A stretch of DNA of 64,000 nucleotides from Mobula hypostoma (Eukaryota), in the NCBI RefSeq assembly GCF_963921235.1, contig NC_086097.1:182964001-183028000 (forward strand), in the 5' to 3' direction. The notes under the pieces are model-generated. The model was not told where the DNA came from. It did no database searches and saw nothing but the letters and a program-made list of their open reading frames with translations. The translations under genes and the position numbers were made by a program. Below are positions 1-13,005 of this stretch, in pieces. Positions within the stretch are counted from its first letter, which is position 1. Each line of letters begins with the position of its first letter.

Positions 1-3000
1 ACCGTGTCTCAGTTGTGTCAGTGTGTGTGTCTCTGCCCCTGTCTGTGACCGTGTCTCAGTTGTGTCAGTGTTTGTGTCTCTGCCCCTGTCTGTGACCGTG
101 TCTCAGTTGTGTCAGTGTGTGTGTCTCTGCCCCTGTCTGTGACCGTGTCTCAGTTGTGTCAGTGTTTGTGTCTCTGCCCCTGTCTGTGACCGTGTCTCAG
201 TTGTGTCAGTGTTTGTGTCTCTGCCCCTGTCTGTGACCGTGTCTCAGTTGTGTCAGTGTGTGTGTCTCTGCCCCTGTCTGTGACCGTGTCTCAGTTGTGT
301 CAGTGTTTGTGTCTCTGCCCCTGTCTGTGACCGTGTCTCAGTTGTGTCAGTGTTTGTGTCTCTGCCCCTGTCTGTGACCGTGTCTCAGTTGTGTCAGTGT
401 TTGTGTCTCTGTCCCTGTCTGTGACCGTGTCTCAGTTGTGTCAGTGTTTGTGTCTCTGCCCTTGTCTGTGACCGTGTCTCAGTTGTGTCAGTGTGTGTGT
501 CTCTGCCCCTGTCTGTGACCGTGTCTCAGTTGTTGTGTCTGTGTCAGTGTGTGTGTCTCTGCCCCTGTCTGTGACCGTGTCTCTGTTGTTGTGTCTGTGT
601 CAGTGTGTGTGTGTCTGTGACCGTGTCTCTGTTGTTGTGTCTGTGTCAGTGTGTGTGTGTCTGTGACCGTGTCTCTGTTGTTGTGTCTGCGTAAGTGTGT
701 GTGTCTCTGTCCCTGTCTGTGACCGTGTCTCAGTTGTGTCAGTGTTTGTGTCTCTGTCCCTGTCTGTGACCGTGTCTCAGTTGTGTCAGTGTGTGTGTCT
801 CTGCCCCTGTCTGTGACCGTGTCTCAGTTGTGTCAGTGTTTGTGTCTCTGCCCCTGTCTGTGACCGTGTCTCAGTTGTGTCAGTGTTTGTGTCTCTGCCC
901 CTGTCTGTGACCGTGTCTCAGTTGCGTCAGTGTGTGTGTCTCTGCCCCGTCTGTGACCGTGTCTCTGTTGTTGTGTCTGTGTGTCTGTGACCGTGTCTCT
1001 GTTGTTGTGTCTGCGTCAGTGTGTGTGTCTCTGCCCCTGTCTGTGACCGTGTCTCAGTTGTGTCAGTTTGTGTGTCTTTGCCCCTGTCTGTGACCGTGTC
1101 TAAGTTGTGTCAGTGTTTGTGTCTCTGCCCCTGTCTGTGACCGTGTCTCAGTTGTGTCAGTGTTTGTGTCTTTGCCCCTGTCTGTGACCGTGTCTCAGTT
1201 GTGTCAGTGTTTGTGTCTCTGCCCCTGTCTGTGACCGTGTCTCAGTTGTGTCAGTGTTTGTGTCTCTGCCCCTGTCTGTGACCGTGTCTCAGTTGTGTCA
1301 GTGTTTGTGTCTCTGCCCCTGTCTGTGACCGTGTCTCAGTTGTGTCAGTGTGTGTGTCTCTGCCCCTGTCTGTGACCGTGTCTCAGTTGTGTCAGTGTTT
1401 GTGTCTCTGCCCCTGTCTGTGACCGTGTCTCAGTTGTGTCAGTGTTTGTGTCTCTGCCCCTGTCTGTGACCGTGTCTCAGTTGTGTCAGTGTTTGTGTCT
1501 CTGCCCCTGTCTGTGACCGTGTCTCAGTTGTGTCAGTGTGTGTGTCTCTGCCCCTGTCTGTGACCGTGTCTCAGTTGTGTCAGTGTTTGTGTCTCTGCCC
1601 CTGTCTGTGACCGTGTCTCAGTTGTGTCAGTGTGTGTGTCTCTGCCCCTGTCTGTGACCGTGTCTCAGTTGTGTCAGTGTTTGTGTCTCTGCCCCTGTCT
1701 GTGACCGTGTCTCAGTTGTGTCAGTGTTTGTGTCTCTGCCCCTGTCTGTGACCGTGTCTCAGTTGTGTCAGTGTGTGTGTCTCTGCCCCTGTCTGTGACC
1801 GTGTCTCAGTTGTGTCAGTGTTTGTGTCTCTGCCCCTGTCTGTGACCGTGTCTCAGTTGTGTCAGTGTTTGTGTCTCTGCCCCTGTCTGTGACCGTGTCT
1901 CTGTTGTTGTTTCTGCCCCTGTCTGTGACCGTGTCTCTGTTGTTGTTTCTGTGTCAGTGTGTGTGTGTGTGTCTGTGACCGTGTCCCCGTCGTTAGGTCT
2001 GTGTCAGTGTGTGTGTCTCTGTCCCTGTCTGTGACCGTGTCTCAGTTGTGTCAGTGTTTGTGTCTCTGCCCCTGTCTGTGACCGTGTCTCAGTTGTGTCA
2101 GTGTTTGTGTCTCTGCCCCTGCCTGTGACCGTGTCTCAGTTGTGTCAGTGTGTGTGTCTCTGTCCCTGTCTGTGACCGTGTCTCTGTTGTTGTGTCTGTG
2201 TCAGTGTGTGTGTCTCTGCCCCTGTCTGTGACCGTGTCTCCGTTGTGTCAGTGTGTGTGTGTCTGTGACCGTGTCTCTGTTGTTGTGTCTGTGTCAGTGT
2301 TTGTGTCTCTGTCCCTGTCTGTGACCGTGTCTCAGTTGTGTCAGTGTGTGTGTCTCTGTCCCTGTCTGTGACCGTGTCTCAGTTGTGTCAGTGTTTGTGT
2401 CTCTGCCCCTGTCTGTGACCGTGTCTCAGTTGTGTCAGTGTTTGTGTCTCTGTCCCTGTCTGTGACCGGGTCTCAGTTGTGTCAGTGTTTGTGTCTCTGC
2501 CCTTGTCTGTGACCGTGTCTCAGTTGTGTCAGTGTGTGTGTCTCTGCCCCTGTCTGTGACCGTGTCTCAGTTGTTGTGTCTGTGTCAGTGTGTGTGTCTC
2601 TGCCCCTGTCTGTGACCGTGTCTCAGTTATTGTGTCTGTGTCAGTGTGTGTGTCTCTGCCCCTGTCTGTGACCGTGTCTCAGTTGTGTCAGTGTGTGTGT
2701 CTCTGCCCCTGTCTGTGACCGTGTCTCAGTTGTGTCAGTGTTTGTGTCTCTGCCCCTGTCTGTGACCGTGTCTCAGTTGTGTCAGTGTTTGTGTCTCTGC
2801 CCCTGTCTGTGACCGTGTCTCAGTTGTGTCAGTGTGTGTGTCTCTGCCCCTGTCTGTGACCGTGTCTCAGTTGTGTCAGTGTTTGTGTCTCTGCCCCTGT
2901 CTGTGACCGTGTCTCAGTTGTGTCAGTGTTTGTGTCTCTGCCCCTGTCTGTGACCGTGTCTCAGTTGTGTCAGTGTGTGTGTCTCTGCCCCTGTCTGTGA

Positions 3001-6000
3001 CCGTGTCTCAGTTGTGTCAGTGTTTGTGTCTCTGCCCCTGTCTGTGACCGTGTCTCAGTTGTGTCAGTGTGTGTGTCTCTGCCCCTGTCTGTGACCGTGT
3101 CTCTGTTGTGTCAGTGTTTGTGTCTCTGCCCCTGTCTGTGACCGTGTCTCAGTTGTGTCAGTGTTTGTGTCTCTGCCCCTGTCTGTGACCGTGTCTCAGT
3201 TGTGTCAGTGTGTGTGTCTCTGCCCCTGTCTGTGACCGTGTCTCAGTTGTGTCAGTGTTTGTGTCTCTGCCCCTGTCTGTGACCGTGTCTCAGTTGTGTC
3301 AGTGTTTGTGTCTCTGCCCCTGTCTGTGACCGTGTCTCAGTTGTGTCAGTGTTTGTGTCTCTGCCCCTGTCTGTGACCGTGTCTCAGTTGTGTCAGTGTT
3401 TGTGTCTCTGCCCCTGTCTGTGACCGTGTCTCAGTTGCGTCAGTGTGTGTGTCTCTGCCCCGTCTGTGACCGTGTCTCTGTTGTTGTGTCTGTGTGTCTG
3501 TGACCGTGTCTCTGTTGTTGTGTCTGCGTCAGTGTGTGTGTCTCTGCCCCTGTCTGTGACCGTGTCTCAGTTGTGTCAGTGTGTGTGTCTTTGCCCCTGT
3601 CTGTGACCGTGTCTCAGTTGTTGTGTCTGTGTCAGTGTTTGTGTCTCTGCCCCTGTCTGTGACCGTGTCTCAGTTGTGTCAGTGTTTGTGTCTCTGCCCC
3701 TGTCTGTGACCATGTCTCAGTTGTGTCAGTGTTTGTGTCTCTGCCCCTGTCTGTGACCGTGTCTCAGTTGTGTCAGTGTTTGTGTCTCTGCCCCTGTCTG
3801 TGACCGTGTCTCAGTTGTGTCAGTGTTTGTGTCTCTGCCCCTGTCTGTGACCGTGTCTCAGTTGTGTCAGTGTGTGTGTCTCTGCCCGTCTGTGACCGTG
3901 TCTCAGTTGCGTCAGTGTTTGTGTCTCTGCCCCTGTCTGTGACCGTGTCTCAGTTGTGTCAGTGTTTGTGTCTCTGCCCCTGTCTGTGACCGTGTCTCAG
4001 TTGTGTCAGTGTTTGTGTCTCTGCCCCTGTCTGTGACCGTGTCTCAGTTGTGTCAGTGTGTGTGTCTCTGCCCCTGTCTGTGACCGTGTCTCAGTTGTGT
4101 CAGTGTTTGTGTCTCTGCCCCTGTCTGTGACCGTGTCTCAGTTATGTCAGTGTGTGTGTCTCTGCCCCTGTCTGTGACCGTGTCTCAGTTGTGTCAGTGT
4201 TTGTGTCTCTGCCCCTGTCTGTGACCGTGTCTCAGTTGTGTCAGTGTTTGTGTCTCTGCCCCTGTCTGTGACCGTGTCTCAGTTGTGTCAGTGTGTGTGT
4301 CTCTGCCCCTGTCTGTGACCGTGTCTCAGTTGTGTCAGTGTTTGTGTCTCTGCCCCTGTCTGTGACCGTGTCTCAGTTGTGTCAGTGTTTGTGTCTCTGC
4401 CCCTGTCTGTGACCGTGTCTCTGTTGTTGTTTCTGTGTCAGTGTGTGTGTGTGTGTCTGTGACCGTGTCCCCGTCGTTAGGTCTGTGTCAGTGTGTGTGT
4501 CTCTGTCCCTGTCTGTGACCGTGTCTCAGTTGTGTCAGTGTTTGTGTCTCTGCCCCTGTCTGTGACCGTGTCTCAGTTGTGTCAGTGTTTGTGTCTCTGC
4601 CCCTGCCTGTGACCGTGTCTCAGTTGTGTCAGTGTGTGTGTCTCTGTCCCTGTCTGTGACCGTGTCTCTGTTGTTGTGTCTGTGTCAGTGTGTGTGTCTC
4701 TGCCCCTGTCTGTGACCGTGTCTCCGTTGTGTCAGTGTGTGTGTGTCTGTGACCGTGTCTCTGTTGTTGTGTCTGTGTCAGTGTTTGTGTTTCTGTCCCT
4801 GTCTGTGACCGTGTCTCAGTTGTGTCAGTGTGTGTGTCTCTGTCCCTGTCTGTGACCGTGTCTCAGTTGTGTCAGTGTTTGTGTCTCTGCCCCTGTCTGT
4901 GACCGTGTCTCAGTTGTGTCAGTGTTTGTGTCTCTGTCCCTGTCTGTGACCGGGTCTCAGTTGTGTCAGTGTTTGTGTCTCTGCCCTTGTCTGTGACCGT
5001 GTCTCAGTTGTGTCAGTGTGTGTGTCTCTGCCCCTGTCTGTGACCGTGTCTCAGTTGTTGTGTCTGTGTCAGTGTGTGTGTCTCTGCCCCTGTCTGTGAC
5101 CGTGTCTCAGTTGTTGTGTCTGTGTCAGTGTGTGTGTCTCTGCCCCTGTCTGTGACCGTGTCTCTGTTGTTGTGTCTGTGTCAGTGTGTGTGTGTCTGTG
5201 ACCGTGTCTCTGTTGTTGTGTCTGTGTCAGTGTGTTTGTGTCTGTGACCGTGTCTCTGTTGTTGTGTCTGTGTCAGTGTGTGTGTGTCTGTGACCGTGTC
5301 TCTGTTGTTGTGTCTGCGTCAGTGTGTGTGTCTCTGTCCCTGTCTGTGACCGTGTCTCAGTTGTGTCAGTGTTTGTGTCTCTGTCCCTGTCTGTGACCGT
5401 GTCTCAGTTGTGTCAGTGTGTGTGTCTCTGCCCCTGTCTGTGACCGTGTCTCAGTTGTGTCAGTGTTTGTGTCTCTGCCCCTGTCTGTGACCGTGTCTCA
5501 GTTGTGTCAGTGTTTGTGTCTCTGCCCCTGTCTGTGACCGTGTCTCAGTTGCGTCAGCGTGTGTGTCTCTGCCCCGTCTGTGACCGTGTCTCTGTTGTTG
5601 TGTCTGTGTGTCTGTGACCGTGTCTCTGTTGTTGTGTCTGCGTCAGTGTGTGTGTCTCTGCCCCTGTCTGTGACCGTGTCTCAGTTGTGTCAGTGTGTGT
5701 GTCTTTGCCCCTGTCTGTGACCGTGTCTAAGTTGTGTCAGTGTTTGTGTCTCTGCCCCTGTCTGTGACCGTGTCTCAGTTGTGTCAGTGTTTGTGTCTCT
5801 GCCCCTGTCTGTGACCGTGTCTCAGTTGTGTCAGTGTTTGTGTCTCTGCCCCTGTCTGTGACCGTGTCTCAGTTGTGTCAGTGTTTGTGTCTCTGCCCCT
5901 GTCTGTGACCGTGTCTCAGTTGTGTCAGTGTTTGTGTCTCTGCCCCTGTCTGTGACCGTGTCTCAGTTGTGTCAGTGTGTGTGTCTCTGCCCCTGTCTGT

Positions 6001-9000
6001 GACCGTGTCTCAGTTGTGTCAGTGTTTGTGTCTCTGCCCCTGTCTGTGACCGTGTCTCAGTTGTGTCAGTGTTTGTGTCTCTGCCCCTGTCTGTGACCGT
6101 GTCTCAGTTGTGTCAGTGTTTGTGTCTCTGCCCCTGTCTGTGACCGTGTCTCAGTTGTGTCAGTGTGTGTGTCTCTGCCCCTGTCTGTGACCGTGTCTCA
6201 GTTGTGTCAGTGTTTGTGTCTCTGCCCCTGTCTGTGACCGTGTCTCAGTTGTGTCAGTGTGTGTGTCTCTGCCCCTGTCTGTGACCGTGTCTCAGTTGTG
6301 TCAGTGTTTGTGTCTCTGCCCCTGTCTGTGACCGTGTCTCAGTTGTGTCAGTGTTTGTGTCTCTGCCCCTGTCTGTGACCGTGTCTCAGTTGTGTCAGTG
6401 TGTGTGTCTCTGCCCCTGTCTGTGACCGTGTCTCAGTTGTGTCAGTGTTTGTGTCTCTGCCCCTGTCTGTGACCGTGTCTCAGTTGTGTCAGTGTTTGTG
6501 TCTCTGCCCCTGTCTGTGACCGTGTCTCTGTTGTTGTTTCTGTGTCAGTGTGTGTGTGTGTGTCTGTGACCGTGTCCCCGTCGTTAGGTCTGTGTCAGTG
6601 TGTGTGTCTCTGTCCCTGTCTGTGACCGTGTCTCAGTTGTGTCAGTGTTTGTGTCTCTGCCCCTGTCTGTGACCGTGTCTCAGTTGTGTCAGTGTTTGTG
6701 TCTCTGCCCCTGCCTGTGACCGTGTCTCAGTTGTGTCAGTGTGTGTGTCTCTGTCCCTGTCTGTGACCGTGTCTCTGTTGTTGTGTCTGTGTCAGTGTGT
6801 GTGTCTCTGCCCCTGTCTGTGACCGTGTCTCCGTTGTGTCAGTGTGTGTGTGTCTGTGACCGTGTCTCTGTTGTTGTGTCTGTGTCAGTGTTTGTGTCTC
6901 TGTCCCTGTCTGTGACCGTGTCTCAGTTGTGTCAGTGTGTGTGTCTCTGTCCCTGTCTGTGACCGTGTCTCAGTTGTGTCAGTGTTTGTGTCTCTGCCCC
7001 TGTCTGTGACCGTGTCTCAGTTGTGTCAGTGTTTGTGTCTCTGTCCCTGTCTGTGACCGGGTCTCAGTTGTGTCAGTGTTTGTGTCTCTGCCCTTGTCTG
7101 TGACCGTGTCTCAGTTGTGTCAGTGTGTGTGTCTCTGCCCCTGTCTGTGACCGTGTCTCAGTTGTTGTGTCTGTGTCAGTGTGTGTGTCTCTGCCCCTGT
7201 CTGTGACCGTGTCTCAGTTATTGTGTCTGTGTCAGTGTGTGTGTCTCTGCCCCTGTCTGTGACCGTGTCTCAGTTGTGTCAGTGTGTGTGTCTCTGCCCC
7301 TGTCTGTGACCGTGTCTCAGTTGTGTCAGTGTTTGTGTCTCTGCCCCTGTCTGTGACCGTGTCTCAGTTGTGTCAGTGTTTGTGTCTCTGCCCCTGTCTG
7401 TGACCGTGTCTCAGTTGTGTCAGTGTGTGTGTCTCTGCCCCTGTCTGTGACCGTGTCTCAGTTGTGTCAGTGTTTGTGTCTCTGCCCCTGTCTGTGACCG
7501 TGTCTCAGTTGTGTCAGTGTTTGTGTCTCTGCCCCTGTCTGTGACCGTGTCTCAGTTGTGTCAGTGTGTGTGTCTCTGCCCCTGTCTGTGACCGTGTCTC
7601 AGTTGTGTCAGTGTTTGTGTCTCTGCCCCTGTCTGTGACCGTGTCTCAGTTGTGTCAGTGTGTGTGTCTCTGCCCCTGTCTGTGACCGTGTCTCTGTTGT
7701 GTCAGTGTTTGTGTCTCTGCCCCTGTCTGTGACCGTGTCTCAGTTGTGTCAGTGTTTGTGTCTCTGCCCCTGTCTGTGACCGTGTCTCAGTTGTGTCAGT
7801 GTGTGTGTCTCTGTCCCTGTCTGTGACCGTGTCTCAGTTGTGTCAGTGTTTGTGTCTCTGCCCCTGTCTGTGACCGTGTCTCAGTTGTGTCAGTGTTTGT
7901 GTCTCTGCCCCTGTCTGTGACCGTGTCTCAGTTGTGTCAGTGTTTGTGTCTCTGCCCCTGTCTGTGACCGTGTCTCAGTTGTGTCAGTGTTTGTGTCTCT
8001 GCCCCTGTCTGTGACCGTGTCTCAGTTGCGTCAGTGTGTGTGTCTCTGCCCCGTCTGTGACCGTGTCTCTGTTGTTGTGTCTGTGTGTCTGTGACCGTGT
8101 CTCTGTTGTTGTGTCTGCGTCAGTGTGTGTGTCTCTGCCCCTGTCTGTGACCGTGTCTCAGTTGTGTCAGTGTGTGTGTCTTTGCCCCTGTCTGTGACCG
8201 TGTCTCAGTTGTGTCAGTGTTTGTGTCTCTGCCCCTGTCTGTGACCGTGTCTCAGTTGTGTCAGTGTTTGTGTCTCTGCCCCTGTCTGTGACCGTGTCTC
8301 AGTTGTGTCAGTGTTTGTGTCTCTGCCCCTGTCTGTGACCGTGTCTCAGTTGTGTCAGTGTTTGTGTCTCTGCCCCTGTCTGTGACCGTGTCTCAGTTGT
8401 GTCAGTGTTTGTGTCTCTGCCCCTGTCTGTGACCGTGTCTCAGTTGTGTCAGTGTGTGTGTCTCTGCCCGTCTGTGACCGTGTCTCAGTTGCGTCAGTGT
8501 TTGTGTCTCTGCCCCTGTCTGTGACCGTGTCTCAGTTGTGTCAGTGTTTGTGTCTCTGCCCCTGTCTGTGACCGTGTCTCAGTTGTGTCAGTGTTTGTGT
8601 CTCTGCCCCTGTCTGTGACCGTGTCTCAGTTGTGTCAGTGTGTGTGTCTCTGCCCCTGTCTGTGACCGTGTCTCAGTTGTGTCAGTGTTTGTGTCTCTGC
8701 CCCTGTCTGTGACCGTGTCTCAGTTATGTCAGTGTGTGTGTCTCTGCCCCTGTCTGTGACCGTGTCTCAGTTGTGTCAGTGTTTGTGTCTCTGCCCCTGT
8801 CTGTGACCGTGTCTCAGTTGTGTCAGTGTTTGTGTCTCTGCCCCTGTCTGTGACCGTGTCTCAGTTGTGTCAGTGTGTGTGTCTCTGCCCCTGTCTGTGA
8901 CCGTGTCTCAGTTGTGTCAGTGTTTGTGTCTCTGCCCCTGTCTGTGACCGTGTCTCAGTTGTGTCAGTGTTTGTGTCTCTGCCCCTGTCTGTGACCGTGT

Positions 9001-12000
9001 CTCTGTTGTTGTTTCTGTGTCAGTGTGTGTGTGTGTGTCTGTGACCGTGTCCCCGTCGTTAGGTCTGTGTCAGTGTGTGTGTCTCTGTCCCTGTCTGTGA
9101 CCGTGTCTCAGTTGTGTCAGTGTTTGTGTCTCTGCCCCTGTCTGTGACCGTGTCTCAGTTGTGTCAGTGTTTGTGTCTCTGCCCCTGCCTGTGACCGTGT
9201 CTCAGTTGTGTCAGTGTGTGTGTCTCTGTCCCTGTCTGTGACCGTGTCTCTGTTGTTGTGTCTGTGTCAGTGTGTGTGTCTCTGCCCCTGTCTGTGACCG
9301 TGTCTCCGTTGTGTCAGTGTGTGTGTGTCTGTGACCGTGTCTCTGTTGTTGTGTCTGTGTCAGTGTTTGTGTCTCTGTCCCTGTCTGTGACCGTGTCTCA
9401 GTTGTGTCAGTGTGTGTGTCTCTGTCCCTGTCTGTGACCGTGTCTCAGTTGTGTCAGTGTTTGTGTCTCTGCCCCTGTCTGTGACCGTGTCTCAGTTGTG
9501 TCAGTGTTTGTGTCTCTGCCCCTGTCTGTGACCGGGTCTCAGTTGTGTCAGTGTTTGTGTCTCTGCCCTTGTCTGTGACCGTGTCTCAGTTGTGTCAGTG
9601 TGTGTGTCTCTGCCCCTGTCTGTGACCGTGTCTCAGTTGTTGTGTCTGTGTCAGTGTGTGTGTCTCTGCCCCTGTCTGTGACCGTGTCTCAGTTGTTGTG
9701 TCTGTGTCAGTGTGTGTCTCTGCCCCTGTCTGTGACCGTGTCTCTGTTGTTGTGTCTGTGTCAGTGTGTGTGTGTCTGTGACCGTGTCTCTGTTGTTGTG
9801 TCTGTGTCAGTGTGTTTGTGTCTGTGACCGTGTCTCTGTTGTTGTGTCTGTGTCAGTGTGTGTGTCTCTGTCCCTGTCTGTGACCGTGTCTCAGTTGTGT
9901 CAGTGTTTGTGTCTCTGCCCCTGTCTGTGACCGTGTCTCAGTTGTGTCAGTGTTTGTGTCTCTGCCCCTGTCTGTGACCGTGTCTCAGTTGTGTCAGTGT
10001 TTGTGTCTCTGCCCCTGTCTGTGACCGTGTCTCAGTTGTGTCAGTGTGTGTGTCTCTGCCCCTGTCTGTGACCGTGTCTCAGTTGTGTCAGTGTTTGTGT
10101 CTCTGCCCCTGTCTGTGACCGTGTCTCAGTTGTGTCAGTGTTTGTGTCTCTGCCCCTGTCTGTGACCGTGTCTCAGTTGTGTCAGTGTTTGTGTCTCTGC
10201 CCCTGTCTGTGACCGTGTCTCAGTTGTGTCAGTGTTTGTGTCTCTGCCCCTGTCTGTGACCGTGTCTCAGTTGTGTCAGTGTGTGTGTCTCTGCCCCTGT
10301 CTGTGACCGTGTCTCAGTTGTGTCAGTGTTTGTGTCTCTGCCCCTGTCTGTGACCGTGTCTCAGTTGTGTCAGTGTTTGTGTCTCTGCCCCTGTCTGTGA
10401 CCGTGTCTCAGTTGTGTCAGTGTTTGTGTCTCTGCCCCTGTCTGTGACCGTGTCTCAGTTGTGTCAGTGTTTGTGTCTCTGCCCCTGTCTGTGACCGTGT
10501 CTCAGTTGCGTCAGTGTGTGTGTCTCTGCCCCTGTCTGTGACCGTGTCTCTGTTGTTGTGTCTGTGTCTCTGCCCCTGTCTGTGACCGTGTCTCTGTTGT
10601 TGTGTCTGTGTCAGTGTGTGTGTCTCTGCCCCTGTCTGTGACCGTGTCTCAGTTGTGTCAGTGTGTGTGTCTTTGCCCCTGTCTGTGACCGTGTCTCAGT
10701 TGTGTCAGTGTTTGTGTCTCTGCCCCTGTCTGTGACCGTGTCTCAGTTGTGTCAGTGTTTGTGTCTCTGCCCCTGTCTGTGACCGTGTCTCAGTTGTGTC
10801 AGTGTGTGTGTCTCTGCCCCTGTCTGTGACCGTGTCTCAGTTGTGTCAGTGTGTGTGTCTCTGCCCCTGTCTGTGACCGTGTCTCAGTTGTGTCAGTGTG
10901 TGTGTCTCTGCCCCTGTCTGTGACCGTGTCTCAGTTGTGTCAGTGTTTGTGTCTCTGCCCCTGTCTGTGACCGTGTCTCAGTTGTGTCAGTGTTTGTGTC
11001 TCTGCCCCTGTCTGTGACCGTGTCTCAGTTGTGTCAGTGTGTGTGTCTCTGCCCCTGTCTGTGACCGTGTCTCAGTTGTGTCAGTGTTTGTGTCTCTGCC
11101 CCTGTCTGTGACCGTGTCTCAGTTGTGTCAGTGTTTGTGTCTCTGCCCCTGTCTGTGACCGTGTCTCAGTTGTGTCAGTGTTTGTGTCTCTGCCCCTGTC
11201 TGTGACCGTGTCTCAGTTGTGTCAGTGTGTGTGTCTCTGCCCCTGTCTGTGACCGTGTCTCAGTTGTGTCAGTGTTTGTGTCTCTGCCCCTGTCTGTGAC
11301 CGTGTCTCAGTTGTTGTGTCTGTGTCAGTGTTTGTGTCTCTGCCCCTGCCTGTGACCGTGTCTCAGTTGTGTCAGTGTGTGTGTCTCTGTCCCTGTCTGT
11401 GACCGTGTCTCTGTTGTTGTGTCTGTGTCAGTGTGTGTGTCTCTGCCCCTGTCTGTGACCGTGTCTCCGTTGTGTCAGTGTGTGTGTGTCTGTGACCGTG
11501 TCTCTGTTGTTGTGTCTGTGTCAGTGTTTGTGTCTCTGTCCCTGTCTGTGACCGTGTCTCAGTTGTGTCAGTGTGTGTGTCTCTGTCCCTGTCTGTGACC
11601 GTGTCTCAGTTGTGTCAGTGTTTGTGTCTCTGCCCCTGTCTGTGACCGTGTCTCAGTTGTGTCAGTGTTTGTGTCTCTGTCCCTGTCTGTGACCGTGTCT
11701 CAGTTGTGTCAGTGTTTGTGTCTCTGCCCCTGTCTGTGACCGTGTCTCAGTTGTGTCAGTGTTTGTGTCTCTGCCCCTGTCTGTGACCGTGTCTCAGTTG
11801 TTGTGTCTGTGTCAGTGTGTGTGTCTCTGCCCCTGTCTGTGACCGTGTCTCAGTTGTTGTGTCTGTGTCAGTGTGTGTGTCTCTGCCCCTGTCTGTGACC
11901 GTGTCTCTGTTGTTGTGTCTGTGTCAGTGTGTGTGTGTCTGTGACCGTGTCTCTGTTGTTGTGTCTGTGTCAGTGTGTGTGTGTCTGTGACCGTGTCTCT

Positions 12001-12860
12001 GTTGTTGTGTCTGTGTCAGTGTCTGTGTCTCTGTCCCTGTCTGTGACCGTGTCTCAGTTGTGTCAGTGTGTGTGTCTCTGTCCCTGTCTGTGACCGTGTC
12101 TCAGTTGTGTCAGTGTTTGTGTCTCTGCCCCTGTCTGTGACCGTGTCTCAGTTGTGTCAGTGTTTGTGTCTCTGCCCCTGTCTGTGACCGTGTCTCAGTT
12201 GTGTCAGTGTGTGTGTCTCTGCCCCTGTCTGTGACCGTGTCTCAGTTGTGTCAGTGTTTGTGTCTCTGCCCCTGTCTGTGACCGTGTCTCAGTTGTGTCA
12301 GTGTGTGTGTCTCTGCCCCTGTCTGTGACCGTGTCTCAGTTGTGTCAGTGTTTGTGTGTCTGCCCCTGTCTGTGACCGTGTCTCAGTTGTGTCAGTGTTT
12401 GTGTCTCTGCCCCTGTCTGTGACCGTGTCTCAGTTGTGTCAGTGTGTGTGTCTCTGCCCCTGTCTGTGACCGTGTCTCAGTTGTGTCAGTGTTTGTGTCT
12501 CTGCCCCTGTCTGTGACCGTGTCTCAGTTGTGTCAGTGTTTGTGTCTCTGCCCCTGTCTGTGACCGTGTCTCAGTTGTGTGTTTGTGTCTCTGTCCCTGT
12601 CTGTGACCGTGTCTCAGTTGTGTCAGTGTTTGTGTCTCTGCCCTTGTCTGTGACCGTGTCTCAGTTGTGTCAGTGTGTGTGTCTCTGCCCCTGTCTGTGA
12701 CCGTGTCTCTGTTGTTGTGTCTGTGTCAGTGTGTGTGTGTCTGTGACCGTGTCTCTGTTGTTGTGTCTGTGTCAGTGTGTGTGTGTCTGTGACCGTGTCT
12801 CTGTTGTTGTGTCTGTGTCAGTGTGTCTGTGACCGTGTCTCTGTTGTTCTGTCTAGGTCA
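1..12860. repeat. Intronic 47-bp GT-rich satellite (ACCGTGTCTCAGTTGTGTCAGTGT(G/T)TGTGTCTCTGCCCCTGTCTGTG), roughly 270 units, runs off the left edge
   Basis: Direct reading: period 47 from base 1; variant units recur with ~2.1-2.5 kb and ~4.6 kb periods. Confidence 0.98.
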
Positions 12861-12955
12861 TTGTGTCGTTCTCTTTGTCTGTGACAGTGTCTATTATTGT
12901 GAATGACAACCTTTGCAGATAAATATATATTTTATATTTTATCCTCTGTCCTCAG

Positions 12956-13005
12956 CTTTTGTCTAAGTGGCCAGATTGGAAATTGCTCGCAGCAGCTGTG
13001 TGATG
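12956..13005 (+). CDS. sspo: sspo exon 1 of window (50 nt, phase 2-1): (C)[16 protein letters not shown]
   Basis: Acceptor ttttatcctctgtcctcAG, donor GTgag; CxC..G..C....C pattern like exon 6; phase matches next exon. Too short for the ORF track. Confidence 0.82.

Noticed and set aside
2150..11598. Repeated 73-75 aa Cys/Val/Ser ORFs
   Set aside because: Translations of satellite variants with GTG starts; they only mark the higher-order period.
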